Assembly: GCA_043228905.1 (NCBI GenBank) | Contig: JBHGNT010000095.1 | Coordinates: 28,534 to 92,533, forward strand | DNA length: 64,000 nucleotides | Direction: 5' to 3' | DNA from: Azolla caroliniana | Lineage: Eukaryota; Plantae; Polypodiophyta | In this document: positions 25,850 to 39,035 of the stretch, one piece after another | How the letters are laid out: each line of letters opens with the position of its first letter | How positions within the stretch are numbered: the stretch's first letter is position 1 | Translations under genes and position numbers: made by a program | Notes under the pieces: generated by a model | Databases searched by the model: none | Seen by the model: the letters and a program-made list of their open reading frames with translations, nothing else | What the model was told of the DNA's origin: nothing

Positions 25850-27229
25850 ATTTAAATTTGCATTACATAGACAAGATATAATATTTTCAACATGCACATT
25901 ATTCTCAACATTGATATTGATCAAACTCTTTATCACATACTATAATACCACAAATGGTGTGAGTAAAGTTGGATTGAAAACATAATCAACATTAGCTAAT
26001 ATTTTACAGAATTGGATATGAAAAGATTTTCAAGATATGGTTTCTATAGACTAGAACATGTTCCCGCTCAATGAAGATGAGGATGTCATAGAGGATAGTG
26101 ACGTTGATGTCGATGGTGGGTGGAGGAAAAGAGAGGATGAGTTCCAATGATGGATATGGGGATGGTTGGGGGATTTGGAAGAAATGAGGGTGACAAAGGA
26201 TGATGGTGGGGGGGATGAGAACAAGGGTTTGAAAAACACCTTAATAAAATAGTAGGGGTATAAAAGTAAAGAGAAGACATGATAAAGAATAAATAAATAA
26301 AAACAAAAAATAGGTTGTGAAAGGCAATTGACATTATCTTTACTTTATTGATTGGCATGAGCATCTCAATATGGTGGCACTAGTTGTGACTTTTTTGGCC
26401 TATAAAATTCGTGGCATTGGTGTTAAAAATGTGGCTATATCACCAATATTAAAATTACTGAAGACTTATTTTACATATGGTGGCAAGTGGTGTTGATTTG
26501 GTAACTTCTTTTGAGAAGGCAACTTCTGTCTCTATACACTTCTTTGTAGGCTTGCTAATGAGAGCATCTTTATATGTAGTCGTTGTGGGGAATGTGAGAT
26601 ATTTGATTGTGTGCTTGGCTTTGTCTACTGTGTTGGCATGGAATTTATGGGGGTGGAGGTGATCCTTTACAACCCACCACTTTTTTTCCATATCTGCAAG
26701 ATATTTGAATCTTTTAGGGATCCTTCTATGTGTTACACTAACCGAATTATCTCTAGGGGATGTGTCTAGATGGTTTTGTTCTCGGAGATTGTGCATTCCT
26801 TTTGCAATCAATTTGGGCTTCCTAACGAAAGCAACTTTGCATGGAGTCGGTGTGGGGAATGTGACATATTTGATTGATATGCCCTTGGATTTGTCTATCT
26901 CTTGGACAACACACTTTTGGTCAAGATGTCATGGCAAAACTAGAATAGGGTAACCTAGGTCAACCCACTTTTTGAAGGAAAGGGTCATCACACCAACTCT
27001 TGTTTCTAGTAGTTGCCCCAAATGCACTTATTATCCTATGAAGTTCTCTCACACTGAAGTATCTTCGAGCCAACGTCCACTAGATTGGGAGCTTTACTAT
27101 TCATCAAATGGTTATGATATTAAGAAATATGCTAATGTAGCTAGAATTCTCTTAATTAGTTAACGAATATATTCATATAATGATAGTAAGGAGTGAAACT
27201 ACTTTCTATGAATATGGGGGGGGGGGGGG

Positions 27230-27279
<50 letters not shown>

Positions 27280-27281
<2 letters not shown>

Positions 27282-29093
27282 TTATATTATCGTCTTCAGA
27301 GGTCAAATATGACCTATGAGACCAAAAATATTACATTTCACATGACACGTGTGAAAGTGAGTAGTGACTCTCGATGTTCAAGAATACCAATGAATGTTGC
27401 AATCGAGAGTGCACATTGTGGTTGTGAGAGGAATTCATGCAAAGATTGGGCTCGATCAAAGAGATGTGGAAAGCATGGTCGAATATGATCAAAGGCAGAG
27501 CATTGTATCAAAGTGTGATACTCAGACTCGCGAACTTTTTTAGGGCAAAGTGTGCATAACCGACCACTCTCATCACTTGTACCCCAACGCCCTGTTTCAC
27601 ATCGCAATGCATGTGAGCTAAGTCGCATGGAAGCAATGGTTCGAATGGAAGATAACGGTATGGGCTCTAACATGTATGGATGTGTACGATTTCCCTATTC
27701 CGCAAAGAATATGGTTTTGTAGTTAGGTGCAACATGTGTAGTATAATGTGTGAAGCGTGAGCCTCCACATTTGTCCCATGTCATGATACATTGGCGTTGC
27801 AAAAATGCCTCATTTACAGAGGAATCTAATGATGCATCATGAAGCAAGTGTCTCACATCCCATCTACCAAACTATTTTTCTATATCTTGCATCCAATCGA
27901 AACACAAAATTTTGCTTTTATGCGTCTTTTGGATCTTTTTGCTTGCTTCACACGCAATTCTAGGAAGTCGATGTGAGGGACTTTTTTGAACCTTAAGCAT
28001 GTATTCAACAACCCTTTCCATGGCCATGATCTCAATGGGAAGCGATCTCGTCTCAAGGAGGAGGGTGTAGGGCGTTTGTTTCTTAACTTGTAGAAACTTG
28101 GTAAGAAAATGCTTTTGGACATTTTCAAACTCTTTCCACATAGATTTAGGGATGCTACCGCCCCATACTTCCACCCCATATAGAAGAACCGGTGTCACCA
28201 AAGTGTCGAAAAGATATTTCTTGAGGACCCAACACGTAATATCTCCAAGATTGCATGTGTTCTCAAATGCATAGTATGCTCGCTTGCCCGCCTCTAAGTG
28301 GCGTGTAGCACATTCATTCCATCTATGATTTGAAGGAACTTCAAGGCCAAGATATTTGAAGCTTTCCACACATTCAAGTGGCTCATTGTTGTACATAATG
28401 CATGGTTTATCTCTTTTTTGGCTCTTCACAAGCATAATCTTTGTTTTAGAGCTATTGACACTTAATTTAGTATGCATGCAATTTTTTTCTAATGCCTTCA
28501 TAAGCTTTTGTGCATCTCCTAAAGTATTTGCAAAAAGCACTACATCATCTGCATATAGCAAAAGCATAATCACAACATTCCCAATGGCAACTTGTTCAAC
28601 ACATTCTTCCTTTCCAAACTTGGTAACCATTTCTTCCAATTCATCAATGCATAGACCAAATAGTGTTGGTGAGAGTGGGCATCCTTGCTTAACACCAATA
28701 GTGCTTTTGAAAAAATCTGAAAGTTTATCTCTCATGCGCACACAACATATAACCTTCTCATAAATTCGGAAAATTGCAAGCATATATATTCACTTGGCAC
28801 CTCAAGCTCTTCCATTCGCCTCCAAAGATGCTCACGAGGTACCATATCAAAAGCTTTCTTGAAGTCTACAAAGCAACAATATAAACCTTTACCTCTAAGG
28901 CGACTTTCCTCCATTAATACTCGAAGGGTGATAAGGTGATCAATGGTGCTATGGTGTTTTCGAAAGCCAGCTTGTCCATAAGCTCTCTTACCACTTTTTT
29001 CAACCCATAAACTTATCTTTGATTCCATTATACATCCAAATAGTTTTTCCATTAATGAGCCAACCATGATGGTTCGATAGTTGTTTACATTAT
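27280..29093 (-). mobile_element. RTE/RTEX-like LINE, 3' part (RT and C-terminal zinc motif)
   Basis: QAGFRKHHSTIDH, FVDFKKAFD, GVKQGCPLSPTLF, LLYADD, FKYLG, CTLC..ESEYHTLIQC. Frameshift near 28780. Confidence 0.92.
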
Positions 29094-29156
29094 TGTAAAG
29101 GATTGCTTGTGGAAGCGTTAGAAAGAACAATACACAGAGAGAGAGAGAGAGTATGT

Positions 29157-29214
<58 letters not shown>

Positions 29215-30022
29215 AAAACACACTATTTTTCAAAATTATATGAATACTCTGTGCTCTATATCTACAACGCGCTCATCAGTGCTATTTATACAAGTCCACA
29301 CGGGACTGTTAGAAATACGGTGTACTTCAATGCTCACACGAGCATCTGACACTAACTACGAGACACTAACTGCCTAGTAGTCTAACCTATACTAGGCTTC
29401 CAGTTATGGATTGGATCCGGCATACCGACTCCTCTCGCTTACCGGTCCTTATTGCTTACCGGCTTAGTTGCTCACCGACATACCGATTCCTCTCGCTTAC
29501 TGGCTCAGGCTTATTCAGTTGATCCGGCTCCGGTTGAGCTTGCCGCTCAACACTCCCCCTCAAGCTCAACCTGAGGTAGGGTCGTAGTGTCAACCTCTGT
29601 GGCAACCGGTTCTTCCAACCGACTTCTCCTAGCGTCGCTTCGCCTTGCTCGCGCTCCTTGTCCGGTCCGGTTCCGTTTGCCGCGACCCCTTTGGTTCTGC
29701 GTGCCTCGACCTTCGGCATGTCTGCTCAATAGGCCCATCTCAGCTCCTTCGCTGCTATGACTCCGGCGCTTGCCGATCCGTCGGTTCCACCGTGATGGCA
29801 TCGACTTTCGATGCGTCCGTGTCTCCTTGGCCTCTCGTTGATCCGACTCATCCGGATCCGTCTGTTGATCTGAATCGGCTGTCTCCGACTCGTTCCAGCT
29901 CTTGTCCGAATCGATATCCTCCGATTCGATTTTCGGCTTCAGGCCTCTCATCACATCAGACCACGTCCGGATCTTGGCCTTCTCCGTGCTTCCCTTGGCT
30001 TCTTCAACTGGTTCACTGATTT

Positions 30023-33000
30023 TTACTGCTTTTTATTGCTCCACGCAACAGCCGCACTCCCAAGAGAAAACATAAAGCCGGAAGTTGAACGACGATCTGT
30101 TGCATCGCCAGCCCAGTCGGCATCCGTGTAGCCGACAAGCTCTTCGGTTATACCTTGCCGGTATAAGAGCCCCCGGTCCTTAGTGCCGCTTACATACCTC
30201 AGTATTCGTTGCGCGCACTGAAGGTGCTCCACGGTCGGCTTCTGCATGAATTGGCTTACCACTCCGACCGGATAGCTAATGTCGGGTTGGGTGATGGTCA
30301 AGTAGATCAGGCTTCCGACTATTTGTCGGAACCGTTTCTCATCGCAGGCTGGTCTGGAGTTGGGACGGATCTTCTGATTCCGGTCCAGGGGTGTGGAGAT
30401 AGGTCGGCATTCCGTCATGCCGAACTTGTACAGTATATTCAACACATAATGGCGTTGAGAAAGCAATATACCGTTGGGGGTGCGGATCACCTCGATCCCC
30501 AAAAAATAATGAAGGTTCCCCAACCCCAAGTCCTTCATATCGAATGCGTCCGACAACTGGGACTTGACGAGGTTGATTTCCGGAAGACCTGTGCCGGTGA
30601 TGACTAAATCATCAACATAGAGTAAGATACACACCGGACCGTTTGAGCCTTGATGGATGAACAGGGAAGAGTCCGACTTAGAGGCAACAAACCCCATCTT
30701 TCGCAACCGGTGCGTGATCTTAGCATTCCAAGCATGGGGGGGTTGCTTCAAGCCGTACAATGACTTCCTCAGCTGGCATACCGCCGACTTGTTCACCTCT
30801 GACTGAAATCCGGGGGGCTGAGTCATAAAGACTTCTTCTTCATGATCTCCTTGAAGGAAGGCATTCTTCACATCCATCTGATGAAGATGCCACCCCCTTG
30901 CCGTAGCAACCGCCAGTACCACACGAATCGTCGTCATCTTCGCTATAGGAGCGAAGGTCTCGTCGTAGTCGATTCCGTGGGTCTGCGCATATCCCTTCGC
31001 CACTAACCGAGCCTTGTACCGGTTAACTGTACCGTCGACATTGTACTTTACCTTGTACACCCACTTGCAGCCGATCGGTTTATAGTGACGGGGAGGGTCA
31101 ACCAGGTACCAAGTTCCGTTGGCATCCAGTGCCAGCATTTCTGCCTCCATAGCGGCACGCCAATTTGCGTCCTTTGCCGCTTCTGCGTAGCTCTCCGGCT
31201 CACGCACTTCCGCGACCTTGGTCATGTACGTATAATGATGCGCCATGTACTCGTTATACCCGTACCGTTTAACGGGATCCTTCTGGCGGGTGGATCGGCG
31301 TAACTCATCGTTACCCGGTATGAGACCCTTCTTGGCCGGTTTGGTCTTCGTTCCTGAAGATCTGCCTATGTCCTTGCCGAAGTCAGATACGCACCGATCC
31401 GACTCATCATTGCCGCTCTCGAATTCCGGCATTTTCTGCTTCCCTTTCTCTTTACGTGTGAACCGTCTCCTCGGTTCCTTGCGCGGGGAGAGCACGACAG
31501 AGTCTCCACTACTCGCCGTCTTATCATCCGACTGGTTGGACTGATTCAGTCTCTCATTCGGTCCGCTTAACCGGAACGATTCCGGACTCTCATCTTGAGT
31601 CCCGGCTTCATCTTTCTCTACCTGGGCCGGTTCGGGCTCACTATCCCCATCCTCCGACATCGGGTCGTGATCGGAAGTCGGAGTCGGTAAGGAATACCAC
31701 GATGCCGATTCATCAAACTCGACATCTCGGCTGACTCGGACCTGCTTCGTCCAGGGGGTTATAACACTTATACCCCTTTTGCTCTTGAGCATAGCCAACT
31801 AGGATGCATTTTTCCGATTTTGCATCCAGCTTTCTCCGCTTCTCATCTGGCACATGTACATAGGCTATGCTGCCGAATATTCGGAGGTGTCTCAAATTCG
31901 GCTTGCGCCCGAAATACAGCTCGTGAGCTGACACATTGTCCCCGATCCGGTTCTGGATGTAAACGGCCGTTTGGATCGCCTCCGCCCAGTAGAACTTGGG
32001 CATGCTCTTTTCCTCTAGCATTGCCCTAGCCGCCTCAATCAGCGACCGATTCTTCCTTTCGGCCACACCGTTCTGTTGCGGTGTGTATCTGCAGCTGAAT
32101 TCTCGCCGAATTCCTTTTTGTTGCAGATAGCTGTTGAATTGGCCGGAAAAGTACTCTTTTCCGCCATCCGACCGTAGGCATTTGATCTTCCTCTCCGATT
32201 CCTGTTCCACCATCTTCTGGAGGCTCCGGAAACACTCGAAGACTTCGCTCTTCCGCTCAATGAGGTAGATCCACGTATGCCGTGTGTAGTCGTCGATGAA
32301 GGAGACGAAATATCGACTCCCGCCAGTGCTAACATTTTGTGCCGGTCCCCACACATCTGAATGGATAAGATCGAACTTGTTACGGATTCGATTTCTTTTG
32401 GTGGGGAATGGAAGCCGGTGTTGCTTCCCAAGTTGGCAGGCTTCACAACTCTGGGCTCTCCGGCCGCTAAACTTCGGCAAACCGAAAACGACTTGTTCCG
32501 TTTGCAGGTCTTGAAGCCTCCGGTAGTTGACGTGGCCGATCCGTTTGTGCCACAAGTCGATATCCGACTCGACCTTCTGTCCTTTGGCGAACAGTGCGGT
32601 GCCGACATCATTGGTGTTGAGGATAAACATCCTCCCATCTCTGCGCCCTTGTGCAATAACTTCACCCTCATCCTCAATGAAGCACCCGAGGTGCGTAAAC
32701 TGCACCTGCATCCCGTGGTCGACGATCTGTCCGACCGACACCAGGTTCTTCGTGATCGTCAGAACATGTAATACATTCATCAGCTTCCCCCTCTATCCGA
32801 CGTGGCTCAAAGGGACTTCTCTGACGTGCACGATCGGGTGGGGAGTGTCGTCTCCGGTTTCGACAACTCCCGGTTGATCTAGCTTCTCCAAAAAGGAGAA
32901 CCACTCCCCGTGGCTCGTCATGTGGTTCGATGCGCCGGAATCAACGTACCACACTTCCTCTGATTTGGAGGTGGTCTTCTTCATTGAGTTTGCCTTGTGC

Positions 33001-33798
33001 TTCATCACCAAGGCTGGCCCCTTACCGTTCTTGGATCCTCCCGATCCGTTTGTGTAGTGCGAGCTTTGCCGGCCTTCCTTACCGGTCTTGCCGGATCCGG
33101 ATTTGTCCGAATCGGCACGCTTTCTCCAGCACTCGCTTTCCCTATGGCCCTTTTTGCCACAGTACCAACATTCCGTACCGGATTTGTCTTGCCGGCCTCC
33201 AACACCACCTTGACTCCCCCTGCTTGTGTAAGTCCCAGAACTGTTGTCGGCACGCTCACTGTGCCTTCGTTCCTGCTCTTGCAGGCCACCTCCAATGTGT
33301 GCCGACCTGCCTCGTCCACCATGCCCGCAGGACTGATCCGCTCCCGTGTACAACATCCGGCTGTTTGGGGATGCAGTGGTAGATGCACCAGCGTGGTTCT
33401 CCTCTACAAGGAGCATCGACTGTAAATCAAAAAATGAGGGTGTATTCTCCCTTGTACAAACCGCAGTCCGAAATGCTCCGAACTTGGACACCAGGCCTCC
33501 AAGACAGACCTGCACCATCTTGTCTTCCTCTACGGTGACGTTAATAGAGGCAAGGGAGTCACAGATCCCTTTGATCCGGGCTGTGTAATCTGCCACCGAC
33601 ATGTTCTTCTGTCGAACATTGCTCAACTCCTGTCTGAGTTGCAGCTTCCGGGCAGTGGTGCTTGCAGCGAAAACCTTTTTCAAGTTTCCCCAAGCATCCT
33701 TCGGTGTCTTGGCGTCACGGATATGGTTGAGCAGCTGGTCACCGACACTGGACGCGAAGCAGTACATCACCCTGCTTGCCGCCTGTTCCCACACTGGG
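30023..33798 (-). pseudogene. Copia gag-pol; frameshifted, RNase H truncated; gag N-terminus lies at 39455-39665
   Basis: CWYCGKKGHRESEC, WYVDSGASNH, LIHSDVWGP, RSDGGKEY, LYVDDLVI. Ends at AVAWSNKKQ*. Confidence 0.93.
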
Positions 33799-34298
33799 TG
33801 TCATGATATGGCAAGACTCGAACCCATGACCTTAGGTTATATGGGTCGAGCTCTTGACCATTAGAACATCTATTGTAATACGTAGGATATTATTTTCATT
33901 TACATTTTATTATAGGAAATTAGTGTGTATTCCAGATTTCTCTAGAACATTCTAGAAGCTTCAGGATTACTCCTGAAAACACTATAAAAGAGGGCACTAG
34001 GCATTATGTTGAACCAAATTGGTTCAACGCCAGTCTTAAGCCTTTTAGCCGCCGTTGTATATTCTCTTCATATAATAAATATCTTTCTTATCATCACTCT
34101 CTCTCTCTCTCTCTTTCTCTCTGTCTCACTCACTTCTCCCTTCTCTCGAAGAAGTTCAAACCTCTCGTAGTACTAATCCTTCGTTTAGTACTAATTTCTT
34201 CTCTGTCTCAGTACTGTTCATGACAGTTTGAACCAATTTTCCTACCTTCTGTCTCTCTCATTTCCTACTAATCTTTTATTCCTCTTTTCTTTCATCCC

Positions 34299-35452
34299 AT
34301 GGCCACTGTTAGCGCTGAAGAATATCAATCTGTTTTCTCGGAATTTCAAGGCTTGAAGGAGAAGTTCCATGCTTTGGAACAAGAAAACCAACGGTTGGTG
34401 GGGGATCTTCAGCAAATCTCCTTAGAAAAGCAGCAAACGCAACAACAACATGGGGAACTTGCGTTACGCGTGCAACAACTCAAAGCCACCATCGTAGCGA
34501 TGCAACAACACGGGCCCGGAACACAAGGGATTCATAAAGAACCTAAGATTGGCCTTCCCACGAAGTTCGATGGAACGCGATCGCAGTTTAGAGGGTTCCT
34601 TAACCAGGTACGATTAGTTATTCAAATGCATCCTTCCCGATATCCCACCGATGCATCACGAGTGGGTTTAGTAGGCACTTTGTTAAGTGGCTCAGCGTTG
34701 TCATGGTTCGCTCCACTATTAGAAAAGGAATCTTCGTTACTCAACAATTTTGAAGAGTTTCTAGGTGAGTTTAAAACATGTTTCGGAGATACTGACAGCA
34801 TCAGGACCGCAATCAACAAAATCCGGCGATTACGCCAAGGTGACCGTCCAGCCTCCGCATATGCTGCAGATTTTCGCCTACTCGCCGCCGATATCCCTTG
34901 GGATGATCAAGCGTTGATGGAGCAATTCCGTTATGGTTTATGCAACGACGTCAAGGATTTACTCTTGACCTTCCCCGAAGAGCCAAAGTCCTTAATAGAA
35001 GCAATCAGTCGCGCGGTGAGATGTGACAACTGCCTCTTTGAGCGACGTTCGGAACGACAGCGCTACAGATGCCAAGGGCAAGATCAGAGCCCACCTACGC
35101 CTCAGTGGTAGCAAGACCTTTTTCGAGGGAGTCATATAATGCGCCTCCAGCGAATACTCCGACTCCGATGGAGATTGACACTACACGTCGTCGAGGGCCA
35201 TTATCCGAAGAAGAAAAGCAGCGACGCCGTACAAATCGACTATGTCTTTACTGCGGTGGACCAGGACATATCGCAATAAATTGCCCCCATAGGCCAAGAA
35301 GACAGGTAAACCAAATAGTCGCTAGTTCTAATTGTACAAAATCCGAGCCTATTTCAGTAGGGATATCTGATAGTCCTAATAGTACTAATATCCCAGATCT
35401 AGCAAACAAATTTGATGTCCTTAGTCAGTTAGAAGAAGAGTTAAACGACTAA
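34299..35452 (+). pseudogene. Gypsy gag (coiled coil, capsid, CCHC knuckle); one frameshift near 35070-35090
   Basis: KIGLPTKFDGTRSQFRGF; PTPMEID; CLYCGGPGHIAINC. Confidence 0.9.
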
Positions 35453-38400
35453 GTCCAGCCAAAATAGGAGCCGTTTGGTTGGATAGCCCTAGATCTGTGC
35501 AGCCCATTAGTGGTTCCATTCCCTCTAAGCAAGTTAGTGATGTATTCGTAGCCCAAGTAATAGTTAGTACTAAAAGTACCCCTCCAGTACATGTCCTAGC
35601 ACTCCTAGATTCCGGAGCTAACTCTTGCTTTATGGATAAGAAATTTGCTCAAGCTCATAAGATATCCCTAAGAAAACTCCAGTGTCCAGCCTCTGTAGTA
35701 GTCATTGATGGACGTCCCATTGCTTTCGGAAATATCCTAGAAGAGTCAGAGCCCATTAATATTGTCCTAGATAACTTAGCATGTGTAGTATCATTTAATA
35801 TTATTAGTATCCCAGAACATCCTATAGTTTTAGGACTACCGTGGTTCGAGTTACATAACCCTGACATAGATTGGAGAACAAGAGAAATCCGGTGTCGACA
35901 AACCCAAGGGTCAACTCAGAAGATGGCAACCATTTCGCTACGTCAGTTGCGTAAAGAAGGGCACAAGGAGGAAATGTTCCTCTTTGCAATATCAGTAAAC
36001 CCCTCCAACACCACTAAAGAAGAATCCACCGTTCAACTTCCCGAGAAGTATCGTCATTACACCGATGTGTTCGATAAAGTACAAGCCAACACACTTCCTC
36101 ATCATCAACCGTATGATTGCCCCATCGATTTACAACCGGGAAAAGAGCCGCCATGGGGACCGATCTACAATTTGTCACCAACCAAGCTGGAAGTCCTTCG
36201 GGCCTATATAGAGGAGAATTTGGAAAATGGTTTCATTCGGCATTCGAAATCTCCAGCCGGTGCGCCCATTTTCTTCATCAAGAAAAAAGATGGATCGCTT
36301 CGTCTCGTTGTAGATTACCGTGGCTTGAATAAGGTTACAATCAGGAATAGGTATGCTCTTCCCCTTATCTCAAGTCTTTTAGAACGGATCAATGGTGCCA
36401 GGTTCTTCACGAAGATCGACTTACGGGGAGCATATAACCTCGTACGGATCTGACCAGGAGACGAATGGAAGACCGCGTTTCGCACCAGATATGGGCACTT
36501 CGAGTATACTGTCATGCCGTTCGGCCTCACTAATGCGCCGGCAGTCTTCCAGCACATGGCTAATGATATATTCCGAGATCTATTGGATGATTGTTTGATC
36601 ATCTATTTGGATGATCTACTGGTTTATTCAAAGACCCAAGAAGAACATGATTCTCATGTACTATTAGTACTAAAACGACTTCGAGAACATGGTCTGTATG
36701 CAAAGCTAGAAAAATGTAGTTTCGGGTGCAACCAAGTGGAATTTCTCGGCTACATCATTTCGTCAGAAGGCATCTCCATGGACCCAGCTAAGGTCAAAAC
36801 GGTGGTAGAATGGCAGACTCCGCGTTCGGTACGGGATGTGCAATGCTTCTTAGGCTTTGCCAATTTTTACCGGAAGTTCATACAAGATTACTCAAAGATC
36901 GTTCTACCTCTCACACAACTTACCAGGAAGGGACAACCGTTCATCTGGTCTGAAGAAACGAACATGGCTTTCGAGAGTCTTAAAAAAGCATTTACATCGG
37001 CTCCAATTCTAGCTCATGTCGATCCGGAGAAACCATTCATTATCGAAGCTGATGCATCGGATTTTGCATTGGGGAGCATTGTGTCACAACAGGGGAATGA
37101 TGAAAAGCTACATCCTGTGTCTTTTCACTCACGCAAGTTTGATGCCGCCGAAATCAACTACGAAATTCATGATAAGGAGCTATTGGCAATAGTGGATTCT
37201 TTTATGCAATGGAGGCATTTTCTGGAGGGATCCTCTCATCCAGTCACCGTATTTAGTGACCACAAGAATCTTGCCTACTTTCAGGATGCTCGTGTGCTGA
37301 ATCGACATCAAGCTCGGTGGGCCCACTTCCTCACGCGTTTCGACTTCAAAATTACATATCGTCCGGGGAGGCACCAAGGGAAGGCAGATGCATTATCACG
37401 GCGTTCGTATCTAGCACCCCGTCCCGGCGAGCCAGCTTTCGATAACCAAAAACAAGTCATCTTGGGACCGGCACGACTACAAGCAACACAAATCTTTGAC
37501 ATGCCTATGGATTCCCGCGTTATCGATACCATACGTGAAGACTTGAAGACAGATGCGTTCGCCCAAGCTATACCAGCACAAATTGATCCCTCTCGAGCGT
37601 TGTGTTCACAGTCGCAACCACCAGGTACGGACTATCGGCAATTCAAATACCATGATGGATTACTCTTCTTTAAAGAACTTTTGTATGTTCCTAATGGTTC
37701 TTGCCGCCTTCGAGTAGTACAAAACTGTCATGACACATATACAGCTGGGCATTTTGGTAGTACTAAAACATTACATTTAGTACAACGATCATTCTGGTGG
37801 CCCTGTATGCGACAATTTGTCGAGGATTTTGTTCAGACTTGTAATACATGTTGCAGAGCGAAAATGCCAAGGCATCATCCATATGGTTTATTAGAACCAT
37901 TACCAATTCCAAGCAAGCCGTGGCAATCCATTGCTCTAGACTTCATCACAGATCTTCCAGTCTCTAAGGGGTTCAATGCGATTCTAACGGTGGTCGATCG
38001 ATATACGAAGATGGCTCATTTCTTGCCATGTACTAAGGAGATCTCCAGTGAAGACACTGCCGAAATTGTCATGCGTGAAGTATGTCGGCATCATGGACTC
38101 CCCGATAGTATCATCAGCGACCGTGGACCCCAGTTCGTGTCAAAATTCTGGAAGCACCTTTTTAACATGCTCAAGGTCACTTGTAACCTCTCTTCCAGCT
38201 ACCACCCACAAACTGACGGCCAAGCTGAACGAACAAATCAAACGTTGGAGTAGTATCTGCGGTGCTTTCTCAGCTATCATCAAGACGACTGGGCAGATAT
38301 TCTCCACTTCGCCGAATTTGCCTATAACAACTCTATCCACGCATCCACTAAAGTTACGCCATTTTATGCTATACGGGATGTCACCCCCGGTGGAGTGTAC

Positions 38401-39035
38401 TTGAAACCCCAGAGGTGTCCACAAATCCGTGCGCGGAGGATCGTTTGGAGCGGTTACGCAAGATACAAGCGGATTTATCTACTCATCTCCAGCAAGCTCA
38501 ACAAACACACAAGGTCTACGCGGATCGTCATCGACTTCCATCTAGTTTTAATATTGGAGATCGGGTGTGGCTGCTACGACGACACATCAAGACTACTCGC
38601 CCATGTGAGAAGTTGGATTATCGGCGATTAGGTCCTTTCCGTATTATTGGAAAGATTAATGATGTCGCTTTTCGTCTCGATCTACCTCCTCAACTTCGGA
38701 TACATCCGGTGTTTCATAGTTCTCTCTTCGAACCCTACCACGAGAGCACCATCCCAGAACGTCTTATCCAACCTCCACCCCCGATCGAGCTTGAAGATGG
38801 GCCGGAGTACGAGGTTGCCGCCATCCTTGATTCCAAGATTGTTCGCAACAAGCTCTACTATCTAGTCGATTGGCTAGGCTATAGTCCCAACGAACGTACT
38901 TGGGAACCGATCGAGAATGTAACCAATGCTCGTGCTCTTCTTGAAGACTTCCATCGTCAATATCCACACAAACCGGGTCCTCAATCCAAGACGACTCGTG
39001 ACACTCGTCGTTTTAAAGGGGGGATAGTGTCATGA
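35440..39035 (+). pseudogene. Gypsy pol (PR-RT-RH-IN-chromodomain) with stops at 36451 and 38251 and a frameshift near 38370
   Basis: LLDSGA, YLDD, EADASD, SDRGPQF, YHPQTDGQAER, GPF. Chromodomain EYEVAAIL..YYLVDWLGY..TWEP at about 38805-38965. Confidence 0.93.

Noticed and set aside
26455-26953. ORFs in a region with a degenerate direct repeat at about 270-bp spacing
   Set aside because: No recognisable protein motif; probably old repeat debris.
27180-27488. ERERER/LSLSLS ORFs (also 29153-29377 and 39674-39949)
   Set aside because: Translations of (GA)n microsatellites in LTRs and flanks.
30209-33864. Numerous plus-strand ORFs over the copia pol (and similar antisense ORFs at 57266-63840)
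   Set aside because: Antisense shadows of GC-rich retroelement coding sequence.
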